A stretch of DNA of 64,000 nucleotides from an uncultured Chloroflexia bacterium (GCA_963712745.1 CAVQJC010000015.1:138529-202528); one strand, 5' to 3'; shown: positions 31,579 to 43,215, counted from the stretch's first letter. Notes: generated by a model not told the origin, from the letters alone. Program-made: numbers and translations.

Positions 31579-34306
31579 CTACGCCGCGGGGGCCTGCGCA
31601 CGGGCCTCGCGGCGGCGGAGCCGCCAGCTTCTCGATCTCGACAGCGATGAACGGCACCGGCGTGACCAGCAGCACCAGCCCCAGCTCCGCCGCGGACAGG
31701 GCGGTGGTCTGGAAGACCGGCTGCAGGAAGGGCACGTAGATCAGCGCCAGCTGCACCAGCACGCTCACCACGATCACGACCAGCAAGACCATGTTCGAGC
31801 GCAGCCCCAGCGTGAAGACCGACTCGCGCTCGGAGCGCACCACCAGCGCGTGCGAGAGCTGCAGGAACGCGAGCGCCGTGAATACCATCGTGCGCCACGT
31901 CTCCTCGGGCGCGCCGCCGTGGTAGGAGATGGCCTGGATGCCCAGCACCAGCCCGGCCATCAGCAGGCCGACCCAGATGGCATGCTGCCACAGGCCGTCG
32001 CCGAGGATCGAGGCGCTCGAGTCGCGCGGCGGCTGCTTCATGGCACGCGGATGGGCCGGCTCCACGCCCAGCGAGAGCGCCGGTGCACCGTCGGTGACGA
32101 GGTTGATCCAGAGGATCTGGATGGCCAGGAGCGGCAGCGGCAGGCCCAGGAACGGCGCCATCACCATGACCCAGATCTCGGCCGAGTTGGTGGTCAGCAG
32201 ATAGCGCACGAAACGGCGGATGTTGGCGTAGATGCGCCGCCCCTCTTCCACCGCCGCCACGATGGTGGAGAAGTCGTCGTCCTCGAGGATCATGTCCGCC
32301 GCTTCCTTGGAGACGTCAGTGCCGGTGATGCCCATGGCCACGCCGATATCGGCCATGCGCAGCGCAGGCGCGTCGTTGACCCCGTCGCCGGTCATGGCCA
32401 CCACCGCGTCCCGCTTGCGCCAGGCATCGACGATGCGCAGCTTCTGCTCAGGGTTGGTGCGTGCATAGACCCCGATGCGGGACACACGCTCGGCGAACTC
32501 GTCATCGGGGATCTCCGCCAGCTGGGCCCCGGTGATCGACTCCCGGGACTCGTCGAGCATGCCCAGCCGGCGGGCGATGGATACGGCCGTGAGCTGGTGG
32601 TCACCGGTGATCATGACCGGCGTGATACCGGCCGATCGCGACTCGGCGATGGCCAGCGCGGCCGCCTCGCGAGGCGGGTCGGCCATGGCCACCACGCCCG
32701 CCAGCTGCAGGCCCTGCTCGGCATCCTCGGGTTCGTCGGGCAAGGAGTCGATGCCGGCATCGGCCAATGCCAGCACGCGGTAGCCGTCCCTGGCGTAGCC
32801 CTCGGCAACCTCCCGCGCTGCCTCCAGGGCCGGCCCCTGGTCGCTCGCCAGCAGCGGCGCGATGGATTCGACAGCGCCCTTGACCGCGACCCAGTTGGGC
32901 TGCTCGGTGTGCAGACCGCCTTCACCGCGGGTGTGGACCGTGGTCATGCGCCGCCGCTCCGAATCGAAGGAGACCTCGGCCACGCGCGGGCAGTAGGCGT
33001 GGAGCTCCTTCTGGCGCACCCCGAGCTTGGCTGCGAAGGCCACCAGCGCGCCCTCGGTCGGATCGCCGGTGATGGACCACTCCCCGCCCCCGTCGGGCGG
33101 TACCAGCGTGGCGTCGTTACAGGCGGCCGCGACGTGGGCTGCGCGCAGGGCCAGAGCATCGTCATCGGCAGAGGGCGTGAGCGAACCATCGGGCGAATAG
33201 CCGTCGCCGCCGACCGAGTACTCGCCGTTGGGCGTCCACAGCCGCTCGACCAGCATGCGGTTCTCGGTGAGCGTGCCGGTCTTGTCGGTGCAGATGACCG
33301 AGACGGAACCCAGCGTCTCGACCGCCGGCAGCCGCCGCACGAGGGCATGCCGAGCAGCCATCCGCCGGGCACCGAGCGCGAGCGAGATGGTGACCACCGC
33401 CGGCAGCCCCTCGGGGATGGCCGCCACGGCCAGCGACACGGCTATCAGGAACATCTCCTCGGCCGACTCGCCGCGTGCCACGCCCAGCCCGAAGACCACG
33501 CCGCAGATGGCGATGGCCGCGATGGCCAGCCACTTGCCTAGCTGGCCCAGCCGCTTCTGCAGCGGCGTATCCTCGTCCTCGCCCTGCTGCAATAGCTCAG
33601 CGATGCGGCCGATGGCCGTCGACATCCCGGTCGAGACCACCAGGCCCCGGGCACGCCCCAGCGTCACCGCTGTCCCGCTGAAGGCCATGTTGCGCTGGTC
33701 GGCAGGGGTGGCGGCGCCCACCTCCGGCAGCGGCTCGGTGACCTTGGCCACCGGCTCCGATTCGCCCGTCAAGGGCGCCTCGTTGACCTTCAGCCCTGGC
33801 GCCTCGCTCAGGCGCATGTCGGCAGTGACGATGTCGCCCTGCTCGAGCAGGACCACGTCACCGGGCACCACCTCCGCGGCAGGCACCAACACCACCTCGC
33901 CACCGCGGACCACGCGCGCCTCCGGCGAGGACATCCTCTTGAGGGCATCCATGGCCTGCCCCGCCCGGTACTCCTGCACGAAGCCGACCACGCCGTTGAA
34001 GACGACGATGGCAAGGATGATGACGGTGTCCTTGGTCTGGCCGATGAACAGCGTCACCAGGGCGGCCGCGAACAGCACCAGGATCATGGGGCTGGTGAAC
34101 TGATCCACCAACAGCATCCACACCGGGCGCTGCTTCTTCTCGATCAGCTCGTTGCGTCCGAACTCCGACAACCGTGCAGCGGCCGTGGCCGCGTCGAGTC
34201 CGGCGTCCTCGCTGGTAGCCAGGGCGGAGGCCACCTCGGACGCGGGGATGCGCCAGGGCTGGATGTGCTCGTCCGCTTGCTGTGTCGCCGGGTCCCCCGC
34301 CGCCAT
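31579..34306 (-). CDS. P2A-type cation (Ca2+)-transporting ATPase
   Basis: [27 protein letters not shown]; probable 1-nt insertion near 31628 (natural end [20 protein letters not shown] at 31579; ORF track runs on to 31334). Confidence 0.9.
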
Positions 34307-34319
34307 CCCCTGTCGCTCC

Positions 34320-35381
34320 CTAGGCTCCGGCGGTGAAGATCATGTACATGAGCACGACATAGGCCACCAGCGTCATGCCCGAGCCCGGTTCCAGGCGCGA
34401 GGCCCGCGTCTTGGCGCCGTGGATGATGCCGGCCACCACGATGGCCATGAGCAGGATGGCGCTGACGCCGACGAAGGCCTGGACGGGATCGACCGCGGCC
34501 AGGATGGGGCCCTCGGTGTAGAACAGGTCGACGAAGAGGATGATGGCCATATTGAAGGCGTTGCTGCCGAGCAGCGAGCCCACGGCCAGGTCGAAGGCTC
34601 CGATGCGCACGGCCGCCACCGCGGTCGCCAGCTCCGGCAGGGAGGTCGAGAAGGCCAGGAACGAGGCGCCCACGAACGACTCACCCAGCTGCGCTTCCAC
34701 GGCGATGCCGTCGGCGGCATCGACGAGGACCGGTGCGGCAAGGAGGATGACCAGCGCAGCCACTCCGAACTTGGCCAGGTCCCAGCGGATGGCGTGGATG
34801 ATGGCCCGCCGGCTGGTGACCTCGGAGCCACTGAGGTGCTCGTGCTCGGCCTCCTCGTGAGTGATCCGCCCGTGGCTGACCTCGCCGGTGGGCACGGCCG
34901 GGGTCGACGAGCGGTGGGTCCAGGCGATGAGACTGAGGAAGCCGATGAAGATGACGAACGACTCGATGCCGACCCAGCCGATAGCCAGCTCGAAGGGCCG
35001 CATGACGGCCAGCGTGGCCACGGCCGTGAGCGCGATCGCCACCGCAGCGGTGCGGGCATGACCCGAGCCCACCCGATGCCAGACCCGGCCGCGATAGGCC
35101 AGGTCGACGACGGCCAGCAGGGCCATGTTGGCCATGTTGCTGCCGAAGAGGTTGCCGATGGCCAGGTCCGGCGAGTCCTCGGTGACGACGGCGCTGACGG
35201 CCACGGCGATCTCGGGCAGGGAGGTAGCGGCCGCCACCAGCACCATGCCGATGAGCAGGCCGCCCAGGCCGGTCACGTCGGCGATGCGGTCGCCCGACTT
35301 GGCCAGCAGCACACCCGCCCCGATGATGACTACCGACATCACCGCGAAGAGAGCCAGGTAGTAGATGAGGTCGGTGTTCAA
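34320..35381 (-). CDS. CaCA family sodium/calcium antiporter (YrbG-like)
   Basis: Two TSLPE repeats; GNLFGSN and GSLLGSNAFN. Confidence 0.9.
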   Translation of the reverse strand: MNTDLIYYLALFAVMSVVIIGAGVLLAKSGDRIADVTGLGGLLIGMVLVAAATSLPEIAVAVSAVVTEDSPDLAIGNLFGSNMANMALLAVVDLAYRGRVWHRVGSGHARTAAVAIALTAVATLAVMRPFELAIGWVGIESFVIFIGFLSLIAWTHRSSTPAVPTGEVSHGRITHEEAEHEHLSGSEVTSRRAIIHAIRWDLAKFGVAALVILLAAPVLVDAADGIAVEAQLGESFVGASFLAFSTSLPELATAVAAVRIGAFDLAVGSLLGSNAFNMAIILFVDLFYTEGPILAAVDPVQAFVGVSAILLMAIVVAGIIHGAKTRASRLEPGSGMTLVAYVVLMYMIFTAGA

Positions 35382-35499
35382 GAGCGCTCCATGAGGCAGC
35401 GCGGCAGAGGGCTCAGGGTCGGCTGCAGGGTGAATCGTATTCGATGCGGCACCGGAGCCGCTGTCAGGGCGCGGGAAGGGTCATCACCGGCCCGCGCGC

Positions 35500-36459
35500 T
35501 CAGGCAGCCACGAAAACGTGATCGCGCCGCGAGCGCACCGAGACTGCCTGGCCCGGCGAGAGAGCCAGGCGCTCTGCCTCGTCACGCGGGACCTGGGCCC
35601 AGACGTGCACACCGTCGTCGCGCATGAGCTCGAGCCGCACTTCGAAGCCGAGGTAGACCACCCGCTCCACGATCGCTTCGCTACCGCCGTCCACGGGCGT
35701 CAGCTGGACCTCGATGTCGTGCGGACGGACGAGGGCGTTCCCCAGGCGCGTGATCGGCCCGATGAAGCTCATCACGAACTCGTTGGCAGGGTGTTCGTAC
35801 AGCTCGCGAGGCATGCCTTCCTGCTCGATATGCCCATAGTCCATGACCACGATGTGGTCAGCCACGTCCATGGCCTCCTCCTGGTCATGGGTCACGAAGA
35901 CCGTGGTGACCTGGGTCTCATCGTGGAGGCGCCGGAGCCAGGCACGGAGCTCCTTGCGGACTCGTGCGTCGAGTGCGCCGAAGGGCTCATCGAGGAGCAG
36001 GACGGAGGGACGGATGGCAAGGGCTCTCGCGAGGGCCATGCGCTGGCGCTGCCCACCTGAGAGCTGCGAGGGATAGCGATCGGCCAGATGCGCGATCTGC
36101 ACCAACCCCAGGAGGTCTCCCACGGTCGAGCGGATGACATCGCGGGGTTGGTGTCGGATGGTCAGGCCGAAGGCCACGTTGTCCCATACGGTCATGTGCT
36201 TGAACGGCGCGTAGTGCTGGAACACGAAGCCGATGCCGCGGTCCTGTGGCGGGACACGCGTGACGTCACGGCCATCGAGTCGGACGGTCCCGGCGTCGGG
36301 CACGTCCAATCCGGCGATGATGCGCAGCAGCGTGGTCTTGCCGCTGCCGCTGGGGCCCAGGAGTGCTGTCAGTGTCCCGTCGGTGATCTCCAGCGAGACG
36401 TCGTCGAGTGCCACGAAATCACCGAACCGCTTGGTGAGGCTCATCAGGCTGATGGCCAT
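35500..36459 (-). CDS. cysA: Sulfate ABC transporter ATP-binding subunit
   Basis: [42 protein letters not shown]; TOBE domain. Confidence 0.93.
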   Translation of the reverse strand: MAISLMSLTKRFGDFVALDDVSLEITDGTLTALLGPSGSGKTTLLRIIAGLDVPDAGTVRLDGRDVTRVPPQDRGIGFVFQHYAPFKHMTVWDNVAFGLTIRHQPRDVIRSTVGDLLGLVQIAHLADRYPSQLSGGQRQRMALARALAIRPSVLLLDEPFGALDARVRKELRAWLRRLHDETQVTTVFVTHDQEEAMDVADHIVVMDYGHIEQEGMPRELYEHPANEFVMSFIGPITRLGNALVRPHDIEVQLTPVDGGSEAIVERVVYLGFEVRLELMRDDGVHVWAQVPRDEAERLALSPGQAVSVRSRRDHVFVAA

Positions 36460-37330
36460 GTCTGCTTCTCCTTCCGAACGAACCGGATTGGTACACCGTC
36501 ATGGCCAGCAGCACGCTCAGGGCCATGAGGGCAAGCACGATGGAGGCGGTGTAGGCACCCACGAGGTCGAATGCGTGGAAGCGCTCCTCCACGTGCGTGG
36601 TGAGCGTCTCGGTCTTGCCCGAGATCTTGCCCGAGACGATGGCCACCGCCCCGAACTCACCGAGCGAGCGGGCGGTGGTCAGGATGACGCCGTAGACGAC
36701 GCCCCAGCGGATGGCGGGCAGGGTCACGCGCCAGAACGTGCGCCAGGGTGAGGCACCTAGCGTGTACGCAGCCTGCTCCGCGTCGGTGCCTATCTGGCGG
36801 AGCACGGGCATGACCTCCCGCACGACGAAGGGAAGGGACACGAACATCGTCGCGAGGACCATGCCCGGCATGGCGAAGATGACCTCGAACCCGATGCTTT
36901 CGAGGAGGCCCCCGAGCCAGCCGTTCTTGCCGTAGACGAGCACGAGCGCGAGGCCGATGACCACCGGTGAGACGGCGAAGGGCAGGTCGATGAGCCCATT
37001 GAGCAGGCCGCGGCCGGGGAAGCGGCGACGCACCAGGGCCAGCGCGGCCACGATGCCGAAGGCGGTGTTGATGGGCACCGCGATGAGCGTGATCTCGAGG
37101 GTCAGCCAGAAGGCCGACGCGAAAGCCGGGCGGTTGATGGCTTCGAGCACCGGCGCGAGTCCGTTCTCGAACGTCCGCCAGAAGACCGCCAGGACCGGCA
37201 GGCCAAGGAGCAGGAGCAGATAGCCCAGGGCCAGTGTTCGGAGCCCGAGTCGCGCGGCCCGGATGCGGGGCTCCTGCGACGGCACCTGCCGGGGCATGGT
37301 CGTGGAGAGGACGATGTCGGAGGCGCTCAT
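36419..37330 (-). CDS. cysW: Sulfate ABC transporter permease
   Basis: [26 protein letters not shown]. Confidence 0.92.
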   Translation of the reverse strand: MSASDIVLSTTMPRQVPSQEPRIRAARLGLRTLALGYLLLLLGLPVLAVFWRTFENGLAPVLEAINRPAFASAFWLTLEITLIAVPINTAFGIVAALALVRRRFPGRGLLNGLIDLPFAVSPVVIGLALVLVYGKNGWLGGLLESIGFEVIFAMPGMVLATMFVSLPFVVREVMPVLRQIGTDAEQAAYTLGASPWRTFWRVTLPAIRWGVVYGVILTTARSLGEFGAVAIVSGKISGKTETLTTHVEERFHAFDLVGAYTASIVLALMALSVLLAMTVYQSGSFGRRSRHGHQPDEPHQAVR

Positions 37331-38172
37331 GCCATGACCTCCTCGTGGCGAGAGATACGACGTCGGAGCAGGTCGAACACGGTCAGCAGGGCCAGCGAGG
37401 TGGCGAGCATCACGACCGAGACGGCTGCCGCCGCGCCGGGCCGATCCGCTTCGACCTGTCCATAGATGTAGACCGAGGCGAGCTCCGTGCGATACGGGAT
37501 GTTGCCGGCGATGAGTACCACTGAGCCGAACTCGCCGATGCAGCGAGCGAATCCCAGCGCTGCGCCGCTCAAGATGGCCGGGAACAGGTTCGGCAGGATG
37601 ATGCGTCGCACGACCGTGGCCGTGGATGCCCCGAGTGACGCGGCGGCCTCCTCCATCTCCTCGTCGAGCTCCTGCAGGACGGGCTGGACCGCACGCACCA
37701 CGAAGGGCAGCGTGATGAAGAGCAGGGCTAGCACGATGCCCGCCTGGGAGAAGGCGACGTTGACACCGAATGGGCTGCGCGGACCGTAGAGCGCTAGCAG
37801 GGTCAGCCCGGCCACGATGGTGGGCAGCGCGAAGGGCAGGTCTATCAGCGCATTGACGAATGGCTTGCCACGGAAGTCATCGCGCACCAGGACCCATGCC
37901 ATCAGCGTGCCCATCAGGGCGTTGATGGCCATGACAACGAACGACGTCGTGAGCGTGAGCTGCAAGGCGGCCACGGCCTGGGGCGAGGTGATGGCGGCCA
38001 CGAAATCGTCGGGGCCATCCGATACCGAGCGCCACAGGATGGCGGCGATCGGGATGAGGACGAGGAGGCCCAGGTAGGCAGCGGCGATGCCCGGGCCCAT
38101 GAGACCCCGCCCATCGTAGGTCCCCCGGGAGATCGACCCGATGGCAGGTCGAGCGCCCACGTCCGGGCTCAT
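37327..38172 (-). CDS. cysT: Sulfate ABC transporter permease
   Basis: DLPFALPTIVAGLTL, TLPFVVRAVQPVL, GEFGSVV.IAGN. Confidence 0.92.
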   Translation of the reverse strand: MSPDVGARPAIGSISRGTYDGRGLMGPGIAAAYLGLLVLIPIAAILWRSVSDGPDDFVAAITSPQAVAALQLTLTTSFVVMAINALMGTLMAWVLVRDDFRGKPFVNALIDLPFALPTIVAGLTLLALYGPRSPFGVNVAFSQAGIVLALLFITLPFVVRAVQPVLQELDEEMEEAAASLGASTATVVRRIILPNLFPAILSGAALGFARCIGEFGSVVLIAGNIPYRTELASVYIYGQVEADRPGAAAAVSVVMLATSLALLTVFDLLRRRISRHEEVMA

Positions 38173-39203
38173 GACGCTGCGCGGCCAAGCTCGGCGAAGA
38201 TCTCGGCCACCATGCCCACATCCGGGTCGAAGAACCGCGAGCGTGCCTCACTCCAGCCGCCCATGTCGGCGATGGTGAACAGGTTGGCCGGCTGGACATA
38301 ATCGAACTGGGCCAACACGTCCTGCAGCACGGGTCGATAGCCGTGGCGACCAAAGACCGCCTGGGCCTCAGGCGTGTAGAGGAAGTCGACGAAGGCCCTT
38401 GACGCCTCGGGGGCATCACCGGTCAACGTCAGCGCCACCGGGTTCTCGATGAGGATCGTCGCGTCGGGCACGATGTACTGCAGCGGTTGCCCGGCCTGCA
38501 GCGCGAAGATGGCCTCGTTCTCGTAGGCGATGAGCACGTCACCCTGCCCGGCGGCGAACGTGGTCAGCGCCTCGCGAGCGCTGCGGTCCATGACGCTGGT
38601 GTTGGCCACCAGCTGGCGCAGGTACTCCCTGGCCTCTGCCTCGGTCCCACCGCTGACGATCATCGCCTGGTACGCAGCCAGCAGGTTCCACTGGGCTCCA
38701 CCGGAGGTGAACGGGTTCGGGGTGATGACATCGACGTCGTCGCGGATGAGGTCCTCCCAGGTGTCGATGCCCTTGGGGTTGCCGGGTCGGACCGCGAACA
38801 CGACGACGCTGTCATGGACGATGCCCTGGTACTCGTTCTGCGACCAGTCCGGTGCCACGATGCCGGGTGCCACGAGGCGGTCGATGTCGGGCCAGAGCGA
38901 GAGGGCGACCACGTCAGCCGGCAGACCGGCTTCCACCGCGCGACTCTGATCGCCGGAGCCCGAGTACGACGTCTCGAACGACACACCCGCCCCGGCCTCG
39001 GTGGCCTGATACATGGGGATGAGCTCTTCGTAGGCCTCGCGAGGCGTGGTGTAGGCGGCGAGCGTCACCGGAGCATCGCGCGCGTCGGCCTCGGCCACCA
39101 CGGCGGTCGAAGACCCGAGCGTCGAACCCAGCGCGGTCACCAGTGCACACGCCGACAACACGGTCGCGGATGGCCATCGGATACCTGATCGTCTGCTGAC
39201 CAT
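38169..39203 (-). CDS. sbp: Sulfate/thiosulfate-binding protein
   Basis: SYSGSGDQSRAV..GL.ADVV, TPNPFTSGGA.WN, GDVLIAYENEA. Confidence 0.92.
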   Translation of the reverse strand: MVSRRSGIRWPSATVLSACALVTALGSTLGSSTAVVAEADARDAPVTLAAYTTPREAYEELIPMYQATEAGAGVSFETSYSGSGDQSRAVEAGLPADVVALSLWPDIDRLVAPGIVAPDWSQNEYQGIVHDSVVVFAVRPGNPKGIDTWEDLIRDDVDVITPNPFTSGGAQWNLLAAYQAMIVSGGTEAEAREYLRQLVANTSVMDRSAREALTTFAAGQGDVLIAYENEAIFALQAGQPLQYIVPDATILIENPVALTLTGDAPEASRAFVDFLYTPEAQAVFGRHGYRPVLQDVLAQFDYVQPANLFTIADMGGWSEARSRFFDPDVGMVAEIFAELGRAAS

Positions 39204-39230
39204 GGTGGAACACCCCCGCTATTGTCTAGT

Positions 39231-39297
39231 ATTCCTATATTGTCGATAACGTCTATCGACTTTATAGGATGATATGGAAGCGGTGCCCGGTTGTCAA
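39231..39297 (-). promoter_or_regulatory. sbp promoter with downstream sulfur operator
   Basis: TTGACA (39292-39297)-17 nt-TATCAT (39269-39274); operator core GATAGACGTTATCG (39244-39257). Confidence 0.7.
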
Positions 39298-39398
39298 ACG
39301 TTGACCTCGACCAGCCGTGGCAGAATCGAGGTCCCACGCCCCGGCGCCGGGTCTCTGAAGCCCCGCTCTGCGCCGCCGACCTGAGAAGGAGAGCCCTG

Positions 39399-39809
39399 AT
39401 GGATCTGCGTTTCCTCGCCCCCAAGCGGACCGCCCACGCTCACTGCGACATCCCCTGCGGCGTCTATGACCCGGAACAGGCCCGCATCGAGGCCGAGTCC
39501 TGCCATCGCATCATCGAGCGCTACCACGCCTCTGACGACGAGGTCTTCCGCGCCCGCTGCATCGTGGTCAAGGAAGAGCGAGCCGACCTGGTGAAGCACC
39601 ACATCGACGTCCTCTGGCACGACTACTTCAAGCCCGAGCACGTCGAGCAGTACCCCGAGCTGCACGACACCTGCTGGAAGGCCTCCAAGGCGGCCTCCGC
39701 GGTCAAGCAGGGCGTCGACCTCGACGCCGCCAAGAACCTGCTCGCGCTCATCGACCAGGTCGACGCGATGTGGAAGGGCACCGGCGGCCCCGGCAAGACC
39801 CGCATGTAA
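39399..39809 (+). CDS. sodN: Nickel superoxide dismutase
   Basis: Ni-hook HCDIPCGVYDP after a short leader; LW.DYFK. Confidence 0.97.
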   Translation: MDLRFLAPKRTAHAHCDIPCGVYDPEQARIEAESCHRIIERYHASDDEVFRARCIVVKEERADLVKHHIDVLWHDYFKPEHVEQYPELHDTCWKASKAASAVKQGVDLDAAKNLLALIDQVDAMWKGTGGPGKTRM

Positions 39810-39828
39810 CTCGGATCCCGAGCCCGAT

Positions 39829-39861
39829 GACGACCCGCTCAGGATGCCTGGGCGGGTCGTT
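39829..39861 (+). terminator. Stem-loop after sodN
   Basis: GACGACCCGCTCAGG-ATG-CCTGGGCGGGTCGTT. Confidence 0.65.
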
Positions 39862-39883
39862 CTGATTCGCCGGCAGGACGGCA

Positions 39884-39969
39884 GATGATGCACCGACTGG
39901 GGCGCTTGATGATGCACCGACTGGGATGCCCATGATCCACCGACAGGGATGCCCATGATCCACCGACTG
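39884..39969. repeat. 23-24-bp tandem repeat x4 spanning the sodX start
   Basis: ATGAT(G/C)CACCGAC at 39885, 39909, 39932, 39955. Confidence 0.85.
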
Positions 39970-40299
39970 ATCCGCTCCTGGGGCGCCCGCGTCGCGGTCG
40001 AGGGCGACTCGATGCGCCCGACGCTGGAGCCCGGCGACTGGCTGCTGGCCGACCCCGATGCCTATGCCGATGCGCCCCCCATCAGCGGGGATCTCGTGCT
40101 CGTGCCCGATCCCCGAGGGCCCGCGCGCCTTCTAGTCAAGCGCGTGGTCGAGGTGCACGGTGCCGACGTCCTGGTCGCCGGCGACGCTCCTGGAGCGTCG
40201 ACCGACTGGCGAACCTTCGGATCGGTCGACGTCGCCTCGATCGAAGGCCGGCCCTGGTTCCGCTACTGGCCGCCGCGCCGCATCGGGGGCATCCGCTGA
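39949..40299 (+). CDS. sodX: Ni-SOD maturation protease (S26 family)
   Basis: V.GDSM.PTL..GD, LLVKRV, STD.R.FG.V; directly after sodN. Confidence 0.88.
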   Translation: MPMIHRLIRSWGARVAVEGDSMRPTLEPGDWLLADPDAYADAPPISGDLVLVPDPRGPARLLVKRVVEVHGADVLVAGDAPGASTDWRTFGSVDVASIEGRPWFRYWPPRRIGGIR

Positions 40300-40332
40300 G
40301 GGCCTGGCCCATGGCCAAGAACCGCTGCGAGT

Positions 40333-41529
40333 TCACTCAGCTTCCCGGTCCCACGGGGCATCCTCGTCACTTCCGCCGCCCTCGCGTCGAGTGAGTTCGA
40401 AGAGCCAGGGCACCGCGCTGCCCGCGAGCTTGCCGTCTGCGTAGCCGGTGATGGTGGCTTCGTAGGACTCCGAGAACGCCTCCCCGCGCGGCGGGACGCA
40501 GAAGTGCACGACCGCCTTGGGGGTGATCTCACCTAGGTAGGCCGTATACAGGATGAACTCGATGGATATCTCCAGCGCCTGCGGCAGGGTGGGACCGATC
40601 ACCTGACCAGGCTTGATCTTGGCCATCAGCTTTGAGCCTCCACCCGGACACCTGGTGGCCGGGTCGTCGGGTGGTATGGCCAGGCCGCGCTCCTCGTACT
40701 CGAAACGACCACTGACTGAGCCATCCTCGGCCACGTGGACCTCGATGGCGTTGGACCGGATCTCGGGATCGCCGTCCGACCAGGCACTGTCCAGGATGGT
40801 GGCCTCGTCGAACGTGCCACTGTACGTGCCGGCCGGGATGGCTGGCGGCAGGTCCTGGCCGAGCTTGCCGGTCGCGGTCGGCTCGATGAGCCGGGGCTCC
40901 TCATCCCGGCACTCGTCCTCGGCCGCTCCGATGGCCCGCGCGGAGCGACCGTAGACCTTGCGCGCGACCGCCCTGATCGCGATGCTCTCGAGTTCCTTGC
41001 GACCAAGTCGGATGAGGATCCTTCTGGCCACACCTCCCTGCAGGGTGCCGCCGGACTTGAGGATCTCCAGGGACTCGTTGCCGAAGGCCCGCAGGACGCG
41101 ACGACCCGATGGCCCGATCTTGTGCCAGGCCTTGGCGAAGAACCCGCGCTTGTCCCCCCTGATCTGCCGAAGCGCGCGGATGTTCTCCTGCAATCGCTGT
41201 TTCTCGACGCGGTAGCTGCGTTCGACCGACTCGCGTTCGCAGGACTGATGTGGTTCGGGGAACTTGGCGAGAGCCACCTGACGCGATCTCTCGAGCTCCA
41301 GGAGCTCCCGCTTGGCCGCGCTCAGCTGGTCCACGACGTACCGTTGCCAACCGGCGTCCAGCTCCTTCGGCGTCCCTTCAGCTGGTTCGAGTGCGCCCCA
41401 GGCGAAGTCGAACCCGAGTGAGTCGTCAACAGAACGGGTGGACTCTGGCTCGGCCGCGATGACGGGCAGGCCCAGGGTCGTGACGAAGACCAGCGCGACC
41501 AGGAGCGACAGGACCCTCTGCGCCATCAC
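40333..41529 (-). CDS. Secreted hypothetical protein
   Basis: Signal peptide; coiled-coil segment; overlaps the Kelch gene stop. Confidence 0.6.
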   Translation of the reverse strand: MMAQRVLSLLVALVFVTTLGLPVIAAEPESTRSVDDSLGFDFAWGALEPAEGTPKELDAGWQRYVVDQLSAAKRELLELERSRQVALAKFPEPHQSCERESVERSYRVEKQRLQENIRALRQIRGDKRGFFAKAWHKIGPSGRRVLRAFGNESLEILKSGGTLQGGVARRILIRLGRKELESIAIRAVARKVYGRSARAIGAAEDECRDEEPRLIEPTATGKLGQDLPPAIPAGTYSGTFDEATILDSAWSDGDPEIRSNAIEVHVAEDGSVSGRFEYEERGLAIPPDDPATRCPGGGSKLMAKIKPGQVIGPTLPQALEISIEFILYTAYLGEITPKAVVHFCVPPRGEAFSESYEATITGYADGKLAGSAVPWLFELTRREGGGSDEDAPWDREAE

Positions 41530-43127
41530 GCGTCCTCCGAGCCCGCTGAGGCAGTCTCCAACGCCAAGGCCTCCACGTAGCGAAGCTCCCCGTCCTTGAT
41601 GCCCCAGACGAGTCGGTCGCCCAGGAACAGCTCGCCGCCCTCGACGGCCTCGTCGACCGGGCCGCCCATGTACTCCTCGAGTCCGGCCGCTTCGACGACC
41701 TCGTCGAGGCTCATGTAGGCCCGGAACTGATCGGGGTCATAGGGGGCAGGCTCGACGTCTGCGCCCCCCGCCACGCGGACCGGCTCGCGGGACACCACGT
41801 CCTCGTCCTCGAACAGGAACTCGACGCCCTCGCCGTAGTACGTCCACGATCCCATGGTCACGGGCACGATGGAGCCGTCGGCCGAGACCTCGTCGAAGTA
41901 GTAGGCGGTGAACGCGTCGGGGTTGCCTAACTCGGCGTGCACGTCGTCCCTCGTCTCAAGGTCGGCTCCGACGACGGGTCGCGTCTCACTCGAGCTCGGG
42001 CCGCCGAGCTGTTCCAGCGTGTCGTCGGCTGGGTCGAAGACGAGCACGTCGTCGAGGGCCAGACCGGCGAAGTCCCCGCCGACGACGAGGGCACGGCCGT
42101 CGGGCAGCGCCGTCGCGGTGTGGCCCGTTCGTGGCAGGAAGAGCGCGTCGATCACCGTCGACTCGCCCGTGGCTGGATCGAATACCTCGACCACACTCGT
42201 CTCGATGTCTTCGGTCAGCCCGCCGAGGACGAGGACACGGCCGTCGGGCAGCATCACGGCGGTGTGGCCGATGCGTGCCTCCTGCAGCTCTCCGACAGGC
42301 TTCGTCTTGCTCTTTGCCGGGTCGAACGCCAGGACCTCGTCGCTCACGGCCTCGCCATCGAGCCCACCGATCAGCAGCACGCGTCCATCGGCAAGGGTCG
42401 TCGCGGTGTGGCCGCTGCGCTGAGGTGCGCCCTTGATCGTGGCCCACTTGCCTTTGGCAGGGAAGAAGACCTCAGCGGGCTTGCTCTTCTTCTGGGTGAC
42501 CGCTCCAGACAGGAGCACGCGACCATCGGGCAGCAGGGTGACCGCTGGACCGACGTGGGTCGCCTTCGGCTTGGCGGTGGGTTCGAAGGTGGACGTAGCA
42601 GGGACGTAGATCTCAGAACGGGCTACAGGCTTGCCGTCGTCGACACCGCCGATCAGCAACACTCGTCCATCGTCCAGGGGCACCGCCCGATGGGCTGCGC
42701 GTGCCCAGCGCATCGATCCTGCCGGTTGGCTGCGACCGGTCGCCGGATCGTACAGCTCGGCACTCGCGAGGGCGGAGTCTGTTCCGTCTGCCGCGGTCCC
42801 GCCCGCGACCAGGACGAGGCCGTCCGCGAGGGGCGTGGCAGTGTGGCCGGCGCGAGATGTGGTCAGGTCGCCCAACGCCGTGACGGTGCCGACCTGCGGG
42901 TCAATGAGCTCGACGCTGGCCAGCGCCTCCTCGCCGTTCGATCCTCCGGAGACGAGGACGTCTCCACCCTGGAGAAGCGTGGCTGCGTGCCGGGTCCGCG
43001 GACTCGACAGCAGATCCTCGCGGTCGTCGACGGTGGAGTCCTGCGCAGTGGCCATCGATGGCAGCAGCAGGGCGCAGACGAGTGTGCCGCAGAGCGCGCG
43101 AGCCGCCGTGGGCGCTCGAGACATCAT
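41526..43127 (-). CDS. Secreted Kelch-repeat beta-propeller protein
   Basis: Seven R..HTAT.L.DGRVL..GG...FDP-type repeats. Confidence 0.9.
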   Translation of the reverse strand: MMSRAPTAARALCGTLVCALLLPSMATAQDSTVDDREDLLSSPRTRHAATLLQGGDVLVSGGSNGEEALASVELIDPQVGTVTALGDLTTSRAGHTATPLADGLVLVAGGTAADGTDSALASAELYDPATGRSQPAGSMRWARAAHRAVPLDDGRVLLIGGVDDGKPVARSEIYVPATSTFEPTAKPKATHVGPAVTLLPDGRVLLSGAVTQKKSKPAEVFFPAKGKWATIKGAPQRSGHTATTLADGRVLLIGGLDGEAVSDEVLAFDPAKSKTKPVGELQEARIGHTAVMLPDGRVLVLGGLTEDIETSVVEVFDPATGESTVIDALFLPRTGHTATALPDGRALVVGGDFAGLALDDVLVFDPADDTLEQLGGPSSSETRPVVGADLETRDDVHAELGNPDAFTAYYFDEVSADGSIVPVTMGSWTYYGEGVEFLFEDEDVVSREPVRVAGGADVEPAPYDPDQFRAYMSLDEVVEAAGLEEYMGGPVDEAVEGGELFLGDRLVWGIKDGELRYVEALALETASAGSEDA

Positions 43128-43215
43128 GGCCGTTTCCCCCTTGCCACGTGTTCGCACCTAGCCTACTCCTGAGGGTAAACCCGCCTTCGGGCGCAAGTTC
43201 GAGCCCAGGAATGTC

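Noticed and set aside
31406-33541. Long antisense or alternate-frame ORFs (e.g. 31406-33541, 45392-47254, 52730-54334, 59943-61787)
   Set aside because: Shadow ORFs of well-supported genes, expected at very high GC; no recognisable motifs.
35382-35499. Mn2+ (yybP-ykoY) riboswitch upstream of the CaCA/P-ATPase operon
   Set aside because: Expected from context, but no GGGGAGUA signature was found on the - strand.
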